Shown: positions 51,242 to 62,331 of the stretch, piece by piece | Numbering within the stretch: the stretch's first letter is position 1 | Layout: every line of letters begins with the position of its first letter | DNA from: Bacilli bacterium | GTDB lineage: Bacteria; Bacillota_I; Bacilli_A; ML615J-28; CAG-313 | DNA length: 64,000 nt | Assembly: GCA_017411715.1 (NCBI GenBank) | Contig: JAFQPO010000014.1 | Location: forward strand, 6,161 to 70,160 | Direction of reading: 5' to 3' | Notes under the pieces: generated by a model | Told to the model about the DNA's origin: nothing | Seen by the model: the letters and a program-made list of their open reading frames with translations, nothing else | Databases searched by the model: none | Translations under genes and position numbers: made by a program

Positions 51242-52552
51242 ATGGAATATACTTTAGCTAATTCACATCAAACCTTAATATATCAATTCAATACTTCACA
51301 ATTTAAAACTTCAACTATATGTTTAGTTATGAATCTTCCTCTTAACGAAGATGATTATTTACATGGACTAATTTTGAAACGCCTTTTATTAAAGAAAACT
51401 GCCAAGTTTAATACGCCTTTAAAGTTAGCTAGTCGATTAAGAGATTTATATGATATGAGAGTAGATATCGATAATTTAAGTAGTGGAGATTTACACACAC
51501 TTTTATTAAGAGTTTCTTTCATTGATTCATATTATGTAGAGGAAGATACCAACTTAGAAAATGAAGCTGTTGATGTAATTGAAGAAATATTATTTAATCC
51601 GGCTTTAAAAGCAAACGGTCAATTTAATGAAGAAGATGTAGAAGTTGAAAAAAGAGCTATCATTGATGAAATAAGCAGTGTTTATAATCGTAAGATGGCT
51701 TATGCTTTTAGAAAATTGATTCATATTATGTATAAAGATACAAACATAGAAGTGTTATTGGGTGATAAAATTGAAAGAATTAATACGATTACTTCTGAAT
51801 CATTAATTGATTTTTATCAAAAATTAATTTCTAAATCAAGTATCTATTTTGTTACCATGGGTAAGTTAAATAATCAATTAGTATGTGAAAAGGTTTCAAA
51901 TTTAATTGAAAATCATTTTAATAAAAATTATATCAATAATTATGATAATATATCGGTTTTAGCAACTGATGATCCAACTTGTACAACTGACTTTACAAAA
52001 GATACTGTCAAAACAAATCAGTCAGTTCTAGCAATGGGCTTTACAACTGATATTAGAACTTATGATGAAGATTATCCGGCAATGATTATTGCAAATGGAA
52101 TGTTTGGTGGTTATTTCCATTCTGAATTATTTCAAATTATTCGCGAAAAGTACAATTTTGCTTATGCGATAAGTAGTTCTTATAATTCTATTAATGGTAG
52201 CATAATTGTAATTGCAGGGGTCGATAATAAAAATATGGTTAAAGCAAAAGAACTAACTCTTGATATTTTAAATCAATTTAAAGAGGGAGCATTATTTGAA
52301 CAAAATTTTGAATTAACCAAAACTTCTATTATTAGTGAGTTACTCCAAAGTGAAGATTCAAGATACACACAATTATTACTTTTAAAAAGTAATATTGATT
52401 TTAAGGATCGATTTTTGACTAACACAGAATTGATTGAAAAAATAAAAGCTACTACATACAATGATGTAATTAATGTGTTTAAAAAAATCAATCTTTGCCA
52501 TACCTATTTTTTAGAAGGTAATAGTGAAATGGATGGTGAAACTGATGCTTAA
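51242..52552 (+). CDS. M16-family peptidase-like protein lacking the HxxEH motif (inactive partner, YmfF-like)
   Basis: Size and pairing with the downstream M16 gene; no HxxEH motif. Confidence 0.5.
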   Translation: MEYTLANSHQTLIYQFNTSQFKTSTICLVMNLPLNEDDYLHGLILKRLLLKKTAKFNTPLKLASRLRDLYDMRVDIDNLSSGDLHTLLLRVSFIDSYYVEEDTNLENEAVDVIEEILFNPALKANGQFNEEDVEVEKRAIIDEISSVYNRKMAYAFRKLIHIMYKDTNIEVLLGDKIERINTITSESLIDFYQKLISKSSIYFVTMGKLNNQLVCEKVSNLIENHFNKNYINNYDNISVLATDDPTCTTDFTKDTVKTNQSVLAMGFTTDIRTYDEDYPAMIIANGMFGGYFHSELFQIIREKYNFAYAISSSYNSINGSIIVIAGVDNKNMVKAKELTLDILNQFKEGALFEQNFELTKTSIISELLQSEDSRYTQLLLLKSNIDFKDRFLTNTELIEKIKATTYNDVINVFKKINLCHTYFLEGNSEMDGETDA

Positions 52553-53834
52553 AACATTTACAAGTAATAGATTTCAAGAATCATATCACTATTTAGTTTT
52601 GGCAAATGGCTTAAAAGTTGTTTTATATCCAAAAGAAGGATACAATTCTACTTATGTAATTTATAGTACTAATTTTGGTTCTGATGATATTGAATTTAAA
52701 GCAATAGGAAAAGATGGATTTTGTAGAATGCCGGCTGGTGTTGCTCATTTTTTAGAACATAAGATGTTTGAAACATCAGATGGAACTGATGCGACGGAAA
52801 AGTTAGCTGCTTTAGGAGCTGATACTAATGCTTTTACATCTAACACTGAAACAGCTTATTTATTCTCCACTACAGGAAATGTCATTGAATCCCTTAAAAT
52901 ACTTTTAGATTTTGTTGGTGAATGTAGTTATACTGAGGAATCAATTGAGCGGGAAAAGGATATTATTGAACAAGAACGTTCAATGTATGCGGATATACCT
53001 AATAATGTTGCTAAATATAATGCATTAAAACTAATGTATCAAGAAAATAGTGTTAGACATGATATTGCAGGGACTAAAAAATCAATTAAGCAGATTACTA
53101 AATATGATTTAGATACATGTTATGCAACATTCTATCATCCATCTAATATGAAACTTGTAATAGTTGGCAAATTTGATTATCAAGAAGTTGCAAAAATGAT
53201 CGAAGATTATTTCAAAGATGATGAACGTATTCCTTATATTATAGAAAGAAAAAATCCAATTGAAATTTTACCAATTAAAGAACATGTTAAAACTGTTGAA
53301 ATGGATGTTAATATTCCAATAATCTCGATAGGAATAAGAATTAATTCTAGTGAGATACCTTATGTAGAGAAAGAATTAAAATCGACTTATATAACATATT
53401 GGTTGAAAGAATCATTAAATATCAATAGTGATTTTTATCAAAATGTTAATAATAGTGGATTGATAACTGGTCCATTTACATATTTTGTTACTTTTAGTGA
53501 TTCATATGAGTATATTATGATCACAGCTAGTTCTAAATATCCAAATCAACTTTGTGAATTGATAAAAAAGGAGATTTTGTCAATTAAAGATAAACCATTA
53601 GATTTTGAAAGCATAAAACGCTATGAAAAATCATGTGTAGCCTCAGTTATTAGAAGTTTTAACTCTATTGAAGCTATTAGCGATTTAGTAAACGAAGCTC
53701 TTGATGCTAATATGCCAGTATACGACTATTTAGAAAGAGTATTAAAGTTTGATTATAATGACCTTTCAGATGTTAGAAGCGTTTTCGATGAAAGAAATTT
53801 AGTAGTGTCAAAAGTAGTAAACATAGAAAAATAA
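52545..53834 (+). CDS. M16-family zinc peptidase (HxxEH)
   Basis: HFLEHKMFE inverted zinc-binding motif; start overlaps the upstream stop (ATGCTTAA). Confidence 0.65.
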   Translation: MLKTFTSNRFQESYHYLVLANGLKVVLYPKEGYNSTYVIYSTNFGSDDIEFKAIGKDGFCRMPAGVAHFLEHKMFETSDGTDATEKLAALGADTNAFTSNTETAYLFSTTGNVIESLKILLDFVGECSYTEESIEREKDIIEQERSMYADIPNNVAKYNALKLMYQENSVRHDIAGTKKSIKQITKYDLDTCYATFYHPSNMKLVIVGKFDYQEVAKMIEDYFKDDERIPYIIERKNPIEILPIKEHVKTVEMDVNIPIISIGIRINSSEIPYVEKELKSTYITYWLKESLNINSDFYQNVNNSGLITGPFTYFVTFSDSYEYIMITASSKYPNQLCELIKKEILSIKDKPLDFESIKRYEKSCVASVIRSFNSIEAISDLVNEALDANMPVYDYLERVLKFDYNDLSDVRSVFDERNLVVSKVVNIEK

Positions 53835-53861
53835 AACTTGAATTTTTAAATTCAAGTTTTT

Positions 53862-54971
53862 TTAATGAGCATTAATATTAAATTTTAGTTTTAATGGGAT
53901 AGTTTTATAATAATCACTATCTGAATGGCCACTCTTAAGATATTTCAAATAATTAATATTAAAAAAATCAATATTATCATTGTCCATTAAAATTTTTAAT
54001 TCAAGTAAATTATTGGTAAAATATTCTTGAATTTTTGAGTTTAAGGCTTCTTCATATTCAACATTAGCTAATATTTTTATTTCGCAGTGTAGTTTTATTA
54101 ATAAATAATCAGATTTAAGTTTGTATTTTATTCTAAAATGATTAATTGAAATGACCGTATCTTCAATTTTAAAAGTATAATCTTTGAAAGGAAATACAAA
54201 ATTAAAAATTTCTAGTTGAGATATTTTATAAACGTTAAGAGTATCATTATTTTTTAATATACCATATCCTGTATGTTCAATTGTCGAATAGTTTTCATCA
54301 TGCTTACCGAAAATTTCTTTGTTAACACTAATAACCGGATAAATCACGTTTAATTCAGTAATTAAAATGTCATTGCATAAGTCTAGAAAGGTTGTTGGAT
54401 TGAATTGTGATCCTTCTTTAACTCCTGTTAGTATTGTGTAAAAAGAAGTAGTTTCTGACATATTTTGGATAGTATAAATGTCTTTAATTTCAGAATCTGT
54501 AATATAGATTTCAAAACTTGGATCAAATTTACTTGAATATTTTAAAATGTTGTAAATCTTTAGAATATTTTGGTTAGTAAAAAATCTTTCATGTAAAATC
54601 ATTGTCTGAAGATGATGCATATCAATAACTAAATCACAATTCTTTTTAATTAATTCATATGCTTCATTTAAGGTTTTACCGCTGCCTTTCGCAGTAAAAC
54701 CTAATACATCAGGATCAAGCGACTGATTTTGAGAATTAGAAACGTTTAAGTCATTAAGAAAGTATAAGTACATGTCATATTCTTTATTGTCAACATTATA
54801 ATCAAAAGCAATACTACTCGCAAAGATAATTTCATGAATTTGTAGGTAATCTTTGCAACCTGAAATTAAAAAACTCACTAAAAAAGTAGTAATTATAAAC
54901 AAAATTTTTTTACTCATTTTTCTTTCCTTTACTTTTAGGTAAAATAAAATTTTTAAATTGTTTGAAATCAA
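53862..54971 (-). CDS. spore germination protein, GerAC/GerKC family lipoprotein
   Basis: Lipobox FLISGC; about 370-aa Ger-C architecture; last gene of the gerB-gerA-gerC operon. Confidence 0.7.
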   Translation of the reverse strand: MISNNLKILFYLKVKERKMSKKILFIITTFLVSFLISGCKDYLQIHEIIFASSIAFDYNVDNKEYDMYLYFLNDLNVSNSQNQSLDPDVLGFTAKGSGKTLNEAYELIKKNCDLVIDMHHLQTMILHERFFTNQNILKIYNILKYSSKFDPSFEIYITDSEIKDIYTIQNMSETTSFYTILTGVKEGSQFNPTTFLDLCNDILITELNVIYPVISVNKEIFGKHDENYSTIEHTGYGILKNNDTLNVYKISQLEIFNFVFPFKDYTFKIEDTVISINHFRIKYKLKSDYLLIKLHCEIKILANVEYEEALNSKIQEYFTNNLLELKILMDNDNIDFFNINYLKYLKSGHSDSDYYKTIPLKLKFNINAH

Positions 54972-56259
54972 ATGGGAAAAGAGGGTATAGATATGGTAAA
55001 TCTAGTGAATTTAAACTTATCAAATATATTAGTATGATAAATGAAGAGGCGAAAAAGCCATATAATCCAAAAAGATATGAAGCAATTACGATAATTATTC
55101 TTGAAGTCGAAATCGCAGAGATTAAATATAAGTTGTTTGTATAGGCGTATGTTGCAAGATAAGATAATGCGGTAATAAATAATACCATTGTGCCGATTAA
55201 ACCACTAAAAACTAAGTTTTGACCTATCAATAAACCTCCGACTATAATAATTATATTCTGAACATATCCAGGAGAAGATCTGCTAGTTGTAAAACGATAA
55301 AACTCAAAAATAATTAAAACTAATAAAACCTCTAAAAACATTGGTAAAGTTGTTCCACGTTCAGATACTTTAATACTTGATAAGACGTTTAGCGTAAAAC
55401 TATTTAAATTATAATTAATCATTGCTGTAAAAAAACCTAATAGAAAGATAGAAGTAAGTAGAAAAAAGATAATTAACCCTTTAACACCTAATAAAAAATA
55501 GTTTGGCGCGTCTGTTTCATTTTTGATCGTGCTGAAAAAAGTTAAATTAGCAGGTACAATCATTTGCGTAGGAGAATTAGATAACATTATTCCGATCCGA
55601 TCGTTTAAAAGTGCATTACAGAAATTATCAACTGATGAAGTAAAAGAAGTTATAGGATAGAGATGATTCTTTTGGATAGGTTTAGCGATACTATTGATAG
55701 TAGTAGCAATTTCATTTTTATTATTTTCATAAAGTTTGGCAATACTTAATACTTCAGTTTCTTTATTAATACCTAAAATGTAAATGCTATTTTCGTTATT
55801 TTGACCGATCTTAATTTCTTTAAATAAAAGATTAGGATCCTTAATTGTTTTTCTCACTAACGCAATATTGACTTTTAGATCTTCAATAAAGCTTTCTTGA
55901 GAGGCAAAAAGATTAGTTGGATCTAAATTACTAGTCGAAATCCCTCTTTTTGGTTTATCTTCTAGTGGTACACAATAACTTTTATTATCGCTAACTATTA
56001 TAATGTTGCCATCAAAAACTTTATTTAAGATATTTTGACTATTAACATCTTCAAATGGTAGAAAAAGTCCGGGATATTCAGTTGATAAAATATCATAGGG
56101 AGTATCTTTGATTTTTTTAAAGTGAAAACTATAAAATGTTCCAAGGTTAGCTAGTTTTTCAACATAAATTATTAATATCTGAGTATTATTAATTTGAATT
56201 TCATTAGTTATAACCTCTGAATATTTCTTTAAAGATGATTTAATAATGTTAGTTGTCAT
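54910..56259 (-). CDS. spore germination protein, GerAA/GerKA family
   Basis: Soluble N-terminal domain plus a C-terminal 5-TM region. Confidence 0.7.
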   Translation of the reverse strand: MTTNIIKSSLKKYSEVITNEIQINNTQILIIYVEKLANLGTFYSFHFKKIKDTPYDILSTEYPGLFLPFEDVNSQNILNKVFDGNIIIVSDNKSYCVPLEDKPKRGISTSNLDPTNLFASQESFIEDLKVNIALVRKTIKDPNLLFKEIKIGQNNENSIYILGINKETEVLSIAKLYENNKNEIATTINSIAKPIQKNHLYPITSFTSSVDNFCNALLNDRIGIMLSNSPTQMIVPANLTFFSTIKNETDAPNYFLLGVKGLIIFFLLTSIFLLGFFTAMINYNLNSFTLNVLSSIKVSERGTTLPMFLEVLLVLIIFEFYRFTTSRSSPGYVQNIIIIVGGLLIGQNLVFSGLIGTMVLFITALSYLATYAYTNNLYLISAISTSRIIIVIASYLFGLYGFFASSFIILIYLISLNSLDLPYLYPLFPFDFKQFKNFILPKSKGKKNE

Positions 56260-57304
56260 ATTTTTTTTCCTTTTTGAATAAAATGATGATTGCTAGGTAT
56301 AAAATTAATAAACTAGTTATGATTAAAAGCGGTTTGGTCAATGATGATGTAAAAATAATTAATATCGATACTGAAACAGATAATATGGAAATTATTAAAA
56401 TTAAAATGCTTTTTTTGATTTTGTTATTTAAAAGATAAGTAATTTTAAAGTAGAAGGTTCCTTTGTAGGTGGTTAAGATAAAGGCATAGTAAAATAAAAT
56501 GATGTCTAAGTGTTGAAATATTTTATCTCCATTAGATAAGAAATATCTATTAATATTAGGTAGTGGCAAATCCATATAAAATTTATATGTTACAATAGTA
56601 TAACTATCAATAATTGAAATTGCAGAAAAAAATAATGTTAAACAAGTAGAAATAACTATCATTTTTTTTGATATTGGTTTACTATATTTATCATTAAAAA
56701 AGATATACAATAAATTTTCTAGTGGAAATGTGATTACGTAAAACATCTTAAAAATGTTTGTGGGTTTAGTGAGTGGAAGTAATAGTTTTAGATTATGCGG
56801 ACTGTTTATCGAAAAGTTAATAATAGAAAAAATAAAGGAGATTAGAACAAAGGCAAATCCAACGCTAAATAAAACATAATCTTTTTTTAAAGATAAGTAT
56901 ATAATTAGTAATAAAGAAGCAAATATAAAAAAGTATTGTTCTGTTTGGGGATAAAACCATACCGTAAATATTAAACTACTATAATAAAAAAGCAAACCTA
57001 ATTGAATTGTTGTATAAAGTACTAGAATAATTTTATTGAGAATATTGAAATTTGGCTTTGAGCTTTTAAACTTTCCAAATAAAAATAAAATGATAATAGG
57101 TAGCGAATAAATTAAATATATTAACCATGCATATATTTCACCATCTTTCATTACAAAAGAGGTTGTGCATAAGTCTATTGAAATATAGCCATACACAATT
57201 ATATTTAAAAAAAGCATAATTGGAGTAATTTTTTGATATTTTTGCATAGATTCTCCCTTAAATTGTTTCAATATATTTTTACCATTTATACTAAAAAAAT
57301 ACAC
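56249..57304 (-). CDS. spore germination protein, GerAB/GerKB family (APC-like permease)
   Basis: About 10 TM helices, 351 aa. Confidence 0.65.
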   Translation of the reverse strand: MYFFSINGKNILKQFKGESMQKYQKITPIMLFLNIIVYGYISIDLCTTSFVMKDGEIYAWLIYLIYSLPIIILFLFGKFKSSKPNFNILNKIILVLYTTIQLGLLFYYSSLIFTVWFYPQTEQYFFIFASLLLIIYLSLKKDYVLFSVGFAFVLISFIFSIINFSINSPHNLKLLLPLTKPTNIFKMFYVITFPLENLLYIFFNDKYSKPISKKMIVISTCLTLFFSAISIIDSYTIVTYKFYMDLPLPNINRYFLSNGDKIFQHLDIILFYYAFILTTYKGTFYFKITYLLNNKIKKSILILIISILSVSVSILIIFTSSLTKPLLIITSLLILYLAIIILFKKEKKYDN

Positions 57305-57473
57305 TTTATCAAAATTATTATTAACAAATAGTTATTTTAAAAATAAAAAGTTAATATGTTGATTATTTCCCAAATATGCTATTATCCACATCAAAAAAAT
57401 TAGATAGTCAATTTGAAAATATTTTTATCCTTCGATATAATAACAGTACAATTCATCAAATAGGAGGTTAAAA

Positions 57474-57800
57474 ATGTTAAATAGTGTTGTTTTAGTAGGT
57501 AGGTTAGCAGAAGATCCAAGCTACAATGAGTCAGAAAATGGAACTAAATATTTAAGGTTTAGTTTAGCTGTGAACAAACCATTTCCTAATAAGGATGGTG
57601 AATACGAAGTTGATTTTGTAAAATGTGTAACTTTTGACGCTTTGGCTCAAAGTACATCAGAGATTTGTAAGAAAGGCTCAATAATTGGAATTCGTGGTCG
57701 AATCTCAACGAGTGTTTCTATATTAACTGTGGGAAATGAAAGTAAAAAGATCGAAAATATGGACGTAATCGCAGAAAGGATATCTTTCATAAAAATCTGA
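57474..57800 (+). CDS. ssb: single-stranded DNA-binding protein, short OB-fold only (SsbB-like)
   Basis: [11 protein letters not shown]...RFSLAVN OB-fold signature; no acidic C-terminal tail. Confidence 0.65.
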   Translation: MLNSVVLVGRLAEDPSYNESENGTKYLRFSLAVNKPFPNKDGEYEVDFVKCVTFDALAQSTSEICKKGSIIGIRGRISTSVSILTVGNESKKIENMDVIAERISFIKI

Positions 57801-57867
57801 TTTTAAAGTTTTAAAATTTACAAAAGTTTCGTTATATGATATAATAGTTAGCACTGGAGGTAATGAT

Positions 57868-58749
57868 ATGAAGCAATATTTAGACTTATGCCGCTTAGTC
57901 CTTGAAAAAGGAAAACTTAAAACTGATCGTACAAATACAGGTACTTTATCTTATTTTGGTCATCAAATGCGATATGATTTAAGTGAAGGCTTTCCGCTAT
58001 TAACAACTAAAAAAGTATACTTACCAGCTATTATTCATGAGTTATTATGGTTTATTAAAGGTGATACTAATATTCAATATCTTACCAAAAATAATGTGAA
58101 AATTTGGAATGAATGGCCTTATGAAGCTTTTAAAAAGTCATCCGATTATCAAGGCGAAACATTAGAAGAATATGTTGAAAAAGTTAACAATGATAATGAA
58201 TTTGCATTAAAACATGGTAATTTAGGCCCTGTGTATGGACATCAATGGCGCGCTTTTGATGGACCTAATGGAATTCATGTTGACCAATTACAAAATGTAA
58301 TTGATCAAATTAAGAATAATCCTTCATCAAGACGGCTTATTGTTAATGCTTGGAATCCGGCAGTAATTGATCAAATGGCTTTGCCACCTTGTCATATGAT
58401 GTTTCAGTTTTACGTAAATGATGGTAAATTATCTTGTATGCTATATCAACGTTCCGCGGATATTTTCCTAGGTGTACCATTTAATATTGCGTCATATGCT
58501 TTATTGACTATGATGATTGCTAAAATAACTAATCTTGAATTAGGAGAATTTGTACATACAGTCGGCGATGCACATATTTATTCTAATCATTTTGAGCAAA
58601 TTAATAAACAATTATCAAGGGAACCCCGTGAATTGCCACAAATGATTATTCATGGTAATCAAAAAAATATAGAGGATTTCAAGTTTGAAGACTTTGAACT
58701 TGTGAATTATAACCCTCATAAAGGTATTAAAGGTAAGGTGGCTGTATAA
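57868..58749 (+). CDS. thyA: thymidylate synthase
   Basis: Colinear with ThyA (DRTGTGT, catalytic PPCH). Confidence 0.9.
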   Translation: MKQYLDLCRLVLEKGKLKTDRTNTGTLSYFGHQMRYDLSEGFPLLTTKKVYLPAIIHELLWFIKGDTNIQYLTKNNVKIWNEWPYEAFKKSSDYQGETLEEYVEKVNNDNEFALKHGNLGPVYGHQWRAFDGPNGIHVDQLQNVIDQIKNNPSSRRLIVNAWNPAVIDQMALPPCHMMFQFYVNDGKLSCMLYQRSADIFLGVPFNIASYALLTMMIAKITNLELGEFVHTVGDAHIYSNHFEQINKQLSREPRELPQMIIHGNQKNIEDFKFEDFELVNYNPHKGIKGKVAV

Positions 58750-59216
58750 TGTTATCTTTGATAGTCGCAATTGGCGTTAATGGGTTAATCGGCAAAAATA
58801 ATGATTTACCTTGGCATTATCCTGAGGATTTAAAATATTTTAAACGTGTTACTTTAAATCATAACGTATTTATGGGGTATAATACTTATCTATCAATATA
58901 TAATCGACTAGGTAAAGCCTTGCCAAATCGTAATAACTATGTGTTAACTTATGAATCAAGCTTGCCTGGTGGAGGAATAGTGGTAAAAGATATTAACCAA
59001 ATATTAGAATTATCCAAATCAGAAGATGTTTTTGTGATTGGTGGTATGATGGTTTATAATATGATGTTACCGTATGTAGATAGTTTATACATCACAAGAA
59101 TAAAAAAAGAGTATGAAGGAAACGTATTTTTTCCTAAATACGATGAATCTATGTTTGAACTTGTTTCGGCTGATGATCATGGCGAAATTTGTTTTGAAGT
59201 GTATAAGAGAAAATAA
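58749..59216 (+). CDS. folA: dihydrofolate reductase
   Basis: MLSLIVA..GKNNDLPW N-terminal signature; start overlaps the thyA stop. Confidence 0.85.
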   Translation: MLSLIVAIGVNGLIGKNNDLPWHYPEDLKYFKRVTLNHNVFMGYNTYLSIYNRLGKALPNRNNYVLTYESSLPGGGIVVKDINQILELSKSEDVFVIGGMMVYNMMLPYVDSLYITRIKKEYEGNVFFPKYDESMFELVSADDHGEICFEVYKRK

Positions 59217-59257
59217 AAAGTCTATATGAGCATATAGCTCGTATAGACTCTTTTTTA
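59217..59257. terminator. bidirectional rho-independent terminator
   Basis: AAAAGTCTATATGAGCATATAGCTCGTATAGACTCTTTTTT. Confidence 0.7.
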
Positions 59258-59857
59258 TATGTAAAAATCGCTTGGTAATTCTTTAGATTCTTTAATGTTT
59301 AAAATGGTTTGATAGTCATTTTCATCTTTAAAAATAAGGAAATTTAAAGAAGTATTTCTAATGGAATCTTGAAATGTCAAAGAGGGGATAAAGTTTTTCA
59401 AGATGCCTTTTATCATATGAGAATGACTTACAACAATAATGTTTTTGTTATTATATTTAAAAAGAAGATCATTAAATAATTTTTCACCTCTTTTTGTTAC
59501 ATCATTTTCAGACTCTTGGTGTGAAAATTCGTTGTTCATAAATTTAGTATAGTTTTCATCGGTTATATCAACACCTTCGCCTTCACCAAATGATCTTTCA
59601 ATAGCCAAATCATTAATCACAATCTTAAAATTCAAATTTAATTCATTAGAAATTATAGAAGCAGTGGTAAAAGCGCGATCAAGTGGACTTGAAATAATGG
59701 CATCCCATTTAATATCTAATTCTTTTAACAAGTTACTTGTTTCATAAGCTTGGTTAATACCTGTTTCGTTTAGTGGCAGGTTAGTTCGACCTTGAAAAAT
59801 GCGCATTTTATTGGCATTTGTCTGACCATGACGGATAAAACAAATATTAATTGGCAT
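59255..59857 (-). CDS. histidine phosphatase family protein (phosphoglycerate-mutase-like)
   Basis: RHGQT catalytic motif. Confidence 0.7.
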   Translation of the reverse strand: MPINICFIRHGQTNANKMRIFQGRTNLPLNETGINQAYETSNLLKELDIKWDAIISSPLDRAFTTASIISNELNLNFKIVINDLAIERSFGEGEGVDITDENYTKFMNNEFSHQESENDVTKRGEKLFNDLLFKYNNKNIIVVSHSHMIKGILKNFIPSLTFQDSIRNTSLNFLIFKDENDYQTILNIKESKELPSDFYI

Positions 59858-59943
59858 AATATACCTCCGTATTGTGTGTTATGAGTTAATTATACCACTT
59901 TTTTAATAAAATATGGTATAATATACAATAAGGAGAGATAAAA

Positions 59944-61251
59944 ATGAGAGTTGTAGATTTAATTATTAAAAAACGAAACGGTTTTGCCTTAACAAAAGAA
60001 GAAATTGATTTTATCATTTCTGGCTATGTTGATGGTAGTATTCCTGATTATCAAATATCTGCACTAATGATGGCTATTTATTTTAATCCATTAAATGATG
60101 AAGAAAAATCTATTTTGACTACAGCGATGTTAAAAAGTGGAGAAGAAATTGATTTATCTTTAATTGATGGAGTAAAAGTTGATAAACATTCGACAGGTGG
60201 TGTTGGTGATAAAACAAGTTTAGTTGTTGGCCCAATAGCTAGTGCTGCAGGAATAAAGATTGCCAAAATGAGTGGTCGTGGACTCGGTCATACTGGGGGA
60301 ACACTTGATAAATTAGAATCAATCCCTGGTTTTAAAATTGAAGTTGATAAAAAAGACTTTTTAAGACAAGTAAATAATATTGGTTTAGCTATTATTGGCC
60401 AAACTGCTAATATAACACCAGCAGATAAAAAACTTTACGCTTTAAGAGATGTTACTGGTACAATTGAATCACGAGGATTAATTGCTGCGTCAATTATGTC
60501 TAAGAAATTAGCTAGTGGCGCTGATAATATTGTTTTAGATGTTAAAGTTGGTAGTGGCGCATTTATGAAAAATTTCGAAGATGCTAAATTACTAGCGATT
60601 GATATGGTTAAAATAGGCTCAAGTGCTAATCGTAAAACTGTTGCGGTATTAACAAATATGGAACAACCCTTAGGTAATGCGATAGGCAATCGTTTAGAAG
60701 TTATTGAAGCAATTGAAACATTAAAAGGTAATGGTCCAAAAGATTTTACTGAACTATGTATTAAATTAGCAAGTGAGATATTGCTTGTTAGTGGCTTATA
60801 TAAGACTGAAGAAGAGTCTCATAATAAAGTAATTGAAGTAATTAATAATGGTTCAGCTCTTAATAAGCTAAAAGATATGATAAAATGGCAACATGGTGAT
60901 GCTAGTGTTGTTGATGACTACAGCTTAATGAACGAAGCAGAAGAGCAAATTGAACTTAAATATCAAGAAAATGAAACTTGCTATGTTGAACAATTAGATG
61001 CTTTAAAAGTTGGTGAAGCTGTGATGATTTTAGGTGCTGGACGTGCAACTAAAGAAGATGTCATTGACTATTCGGTTGGTATTGTTTTGAATAAAAAAGT
61101 TGGTGATTGCTTAAAAAATGGTGATGTAATTGCGATACTTCATACAAATGGAAAAAATACTGAGAAAGCAATTGAATTATTACTAGAAGCATATACACTA
61201 TCATCAAGTCAACCGGAAATTAAAAATATCATATTGGATATTGTTAGATAG
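59944..61251 (+). CDS. pdp: pyrimidine-nucleoside phosphorylase
   Basis: Colinear with Pdp/DeoA (DKHSTGGVGD, SGRGLGHTGGT). Confidence 0.9.
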   Translation: MRVVDLIIKKRNGFALTKEEIDFIISGYVDGSIPDYQISALMMAIYFNPLNDEEKSILTTAMLKSGEEIDLSLIDGVKVDKHSTGGVGDKTSLVVGPIASAAGIKIAKMSGRGLGHTGGTLDKLESIPGFKIEVDKKDFLRQVNNIGLAIIGQTANITPADKKLYALRDVTGTIESRGLIAASIMSKKLASGADNIVLDVKVGSGAFMKNFEDAKLLAIDMVKIGSSANRKTVAVLTNMEQPLGNAIGNRLEVIEAIETLKGNGPKDFTELCIKLASEILLVSGLYKTEEESHNKVIEVINNGSALNKLKDMIKWQHGDASVVDDYSLMNEAEEQIELKYQENETCYVEQLDALKVGEAVMILGAGRATKEDVIDYSVGIVLNKKVGDCLKNGDVIAILHTNGKNTEKAIELLLEAYTLSSSQPEIKNIILDIVR

Positions 61252-61260
61252 GAGTACAAT

Positions 61261-62016
61261 ATGGGATTTGTGAATTATATTGGATTAGGTGCACAACATT
61301 TTTTTGATGTTCCTGTGTGGGAACAGTTACTTAGACTATTAGGTGCAATGTTAATAGGTGGTATTTTTGGTTTTGAACGTGAAATGAAAAGTAAACCTGC
61401 TGGCTTTATTACTTTTATGATTGTATCAATGGGAGGATGTTTGTTCTCACTATTGCAACTTAATATTATGAATATGGTCAATGACGCGATTCTTTCACAA
61501 CCTGATGAAATTGGTATAACATTAACTTTCGATTCTACTCGTTTAATTGCGCAAGTAATTAGTGGAGTTGGTTTTTTAGGGGCTGGAACTATTATTTTTA
61601 ATAAAGGATCAATTAAAGGAATTACAACAGCTGCGATGATTTGGGTAGCAGCAGGCATTGGTCTATTAATTGGTATGGGAGGAATGTCTAATTATATAAT
61701 AGCTGCTTCAACTGCTATTATTTATATTCCAATTTCAATGTTTATGCGTCACTATGGGCGAATTATTGCAGATAAATACAAAGTTCATCGTTTATTTATC
61801 AGTTATGAAGAAGTCCATGAAGCTGATTTATATGATATTTTAAATCAAAGTGGTGCTACAATTAAGAAAACTTTTTTCCATAATAAAAGTATTGTTAAAG
61901 GTGTTAGTGTAAAAGAAGTTTATATTTATTTTAAAATTAGACGTGGATATACTTTTGATGGTGTTTTGAATTCATTATCTAATAATGAATGGGTAAACGA
62001 AGTAGAAGACTTATAA
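61261..62016 (+). CDS. mgtC: MgtC/SapB-family membrane protein
   Basis: GGIFGFEREMKSKPAGF motif; 4-5 TM helices. Confidence 0.7.
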   Translation: MGFVNYIGLGAQHFFDVPVWEQLLRLLGAMLIGGIFGFEREMKSKPAGFITFMIVSMGGCLFSLLQLNIMNMVNDAILSQPDEIGITLTFDSTRLIAQVISGVGFLGAGTIIFNKGSIKGITTAAMIWVAAGIGLLIGMGGMSNYIIAASTAIIYIPISMFMRHYGRIIADKYKVHRLFISYEEVHEADLYDILNQSGATIKKTFFHNKSIVKGVSVKEVYIYFKIRRGYTFDGVLNSLSNNEWVNEVEDL

Positions 62017-62151
62017 AAGGCCAACATAATATGAAAAGGAACTTATTCAATCTATTTTGAACAAGTTCCTTTTGCCATTTTAATATAAAAAACATCGTTG
62101 TTTGAAATCTTTTATTTGTTTAAAACAACGATATATGGTATAATATCTATA

Positions 62152-62238
62152 TGGTGCCAGTGGTCGGACTCGAACCGACACGCCCTCATCAGGCAATGGA
62201 TTTTGAGTCCATCGCGTCTACCATTTCACCACACTGGC
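62152..62238 (-). tRNA. tRNA-Leu (anticodon CAA), class II
   Basis: Reverse complement GCCAGTGTGGTGAAATGGTAGAC...CTCAAAA...GGTTCGAGTCCGACCACTGGCACCA. Confidence 0.85.
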
Positions 62239-62331
62239 ATATATTCGTATATTATTATAATAAAAATTCAAGAAAAAATCAAGGTAATTACATTGACAAG
62301 TTTATAATGTAATTAACTAAAAGGGGGATAT

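Noticed and set aside
62098-62307. 69-aa plus-strand ORF
   Set aside because: It overlaps the tRNA-Leu(CAA) gene on the opposite strand and is a translation artefact.
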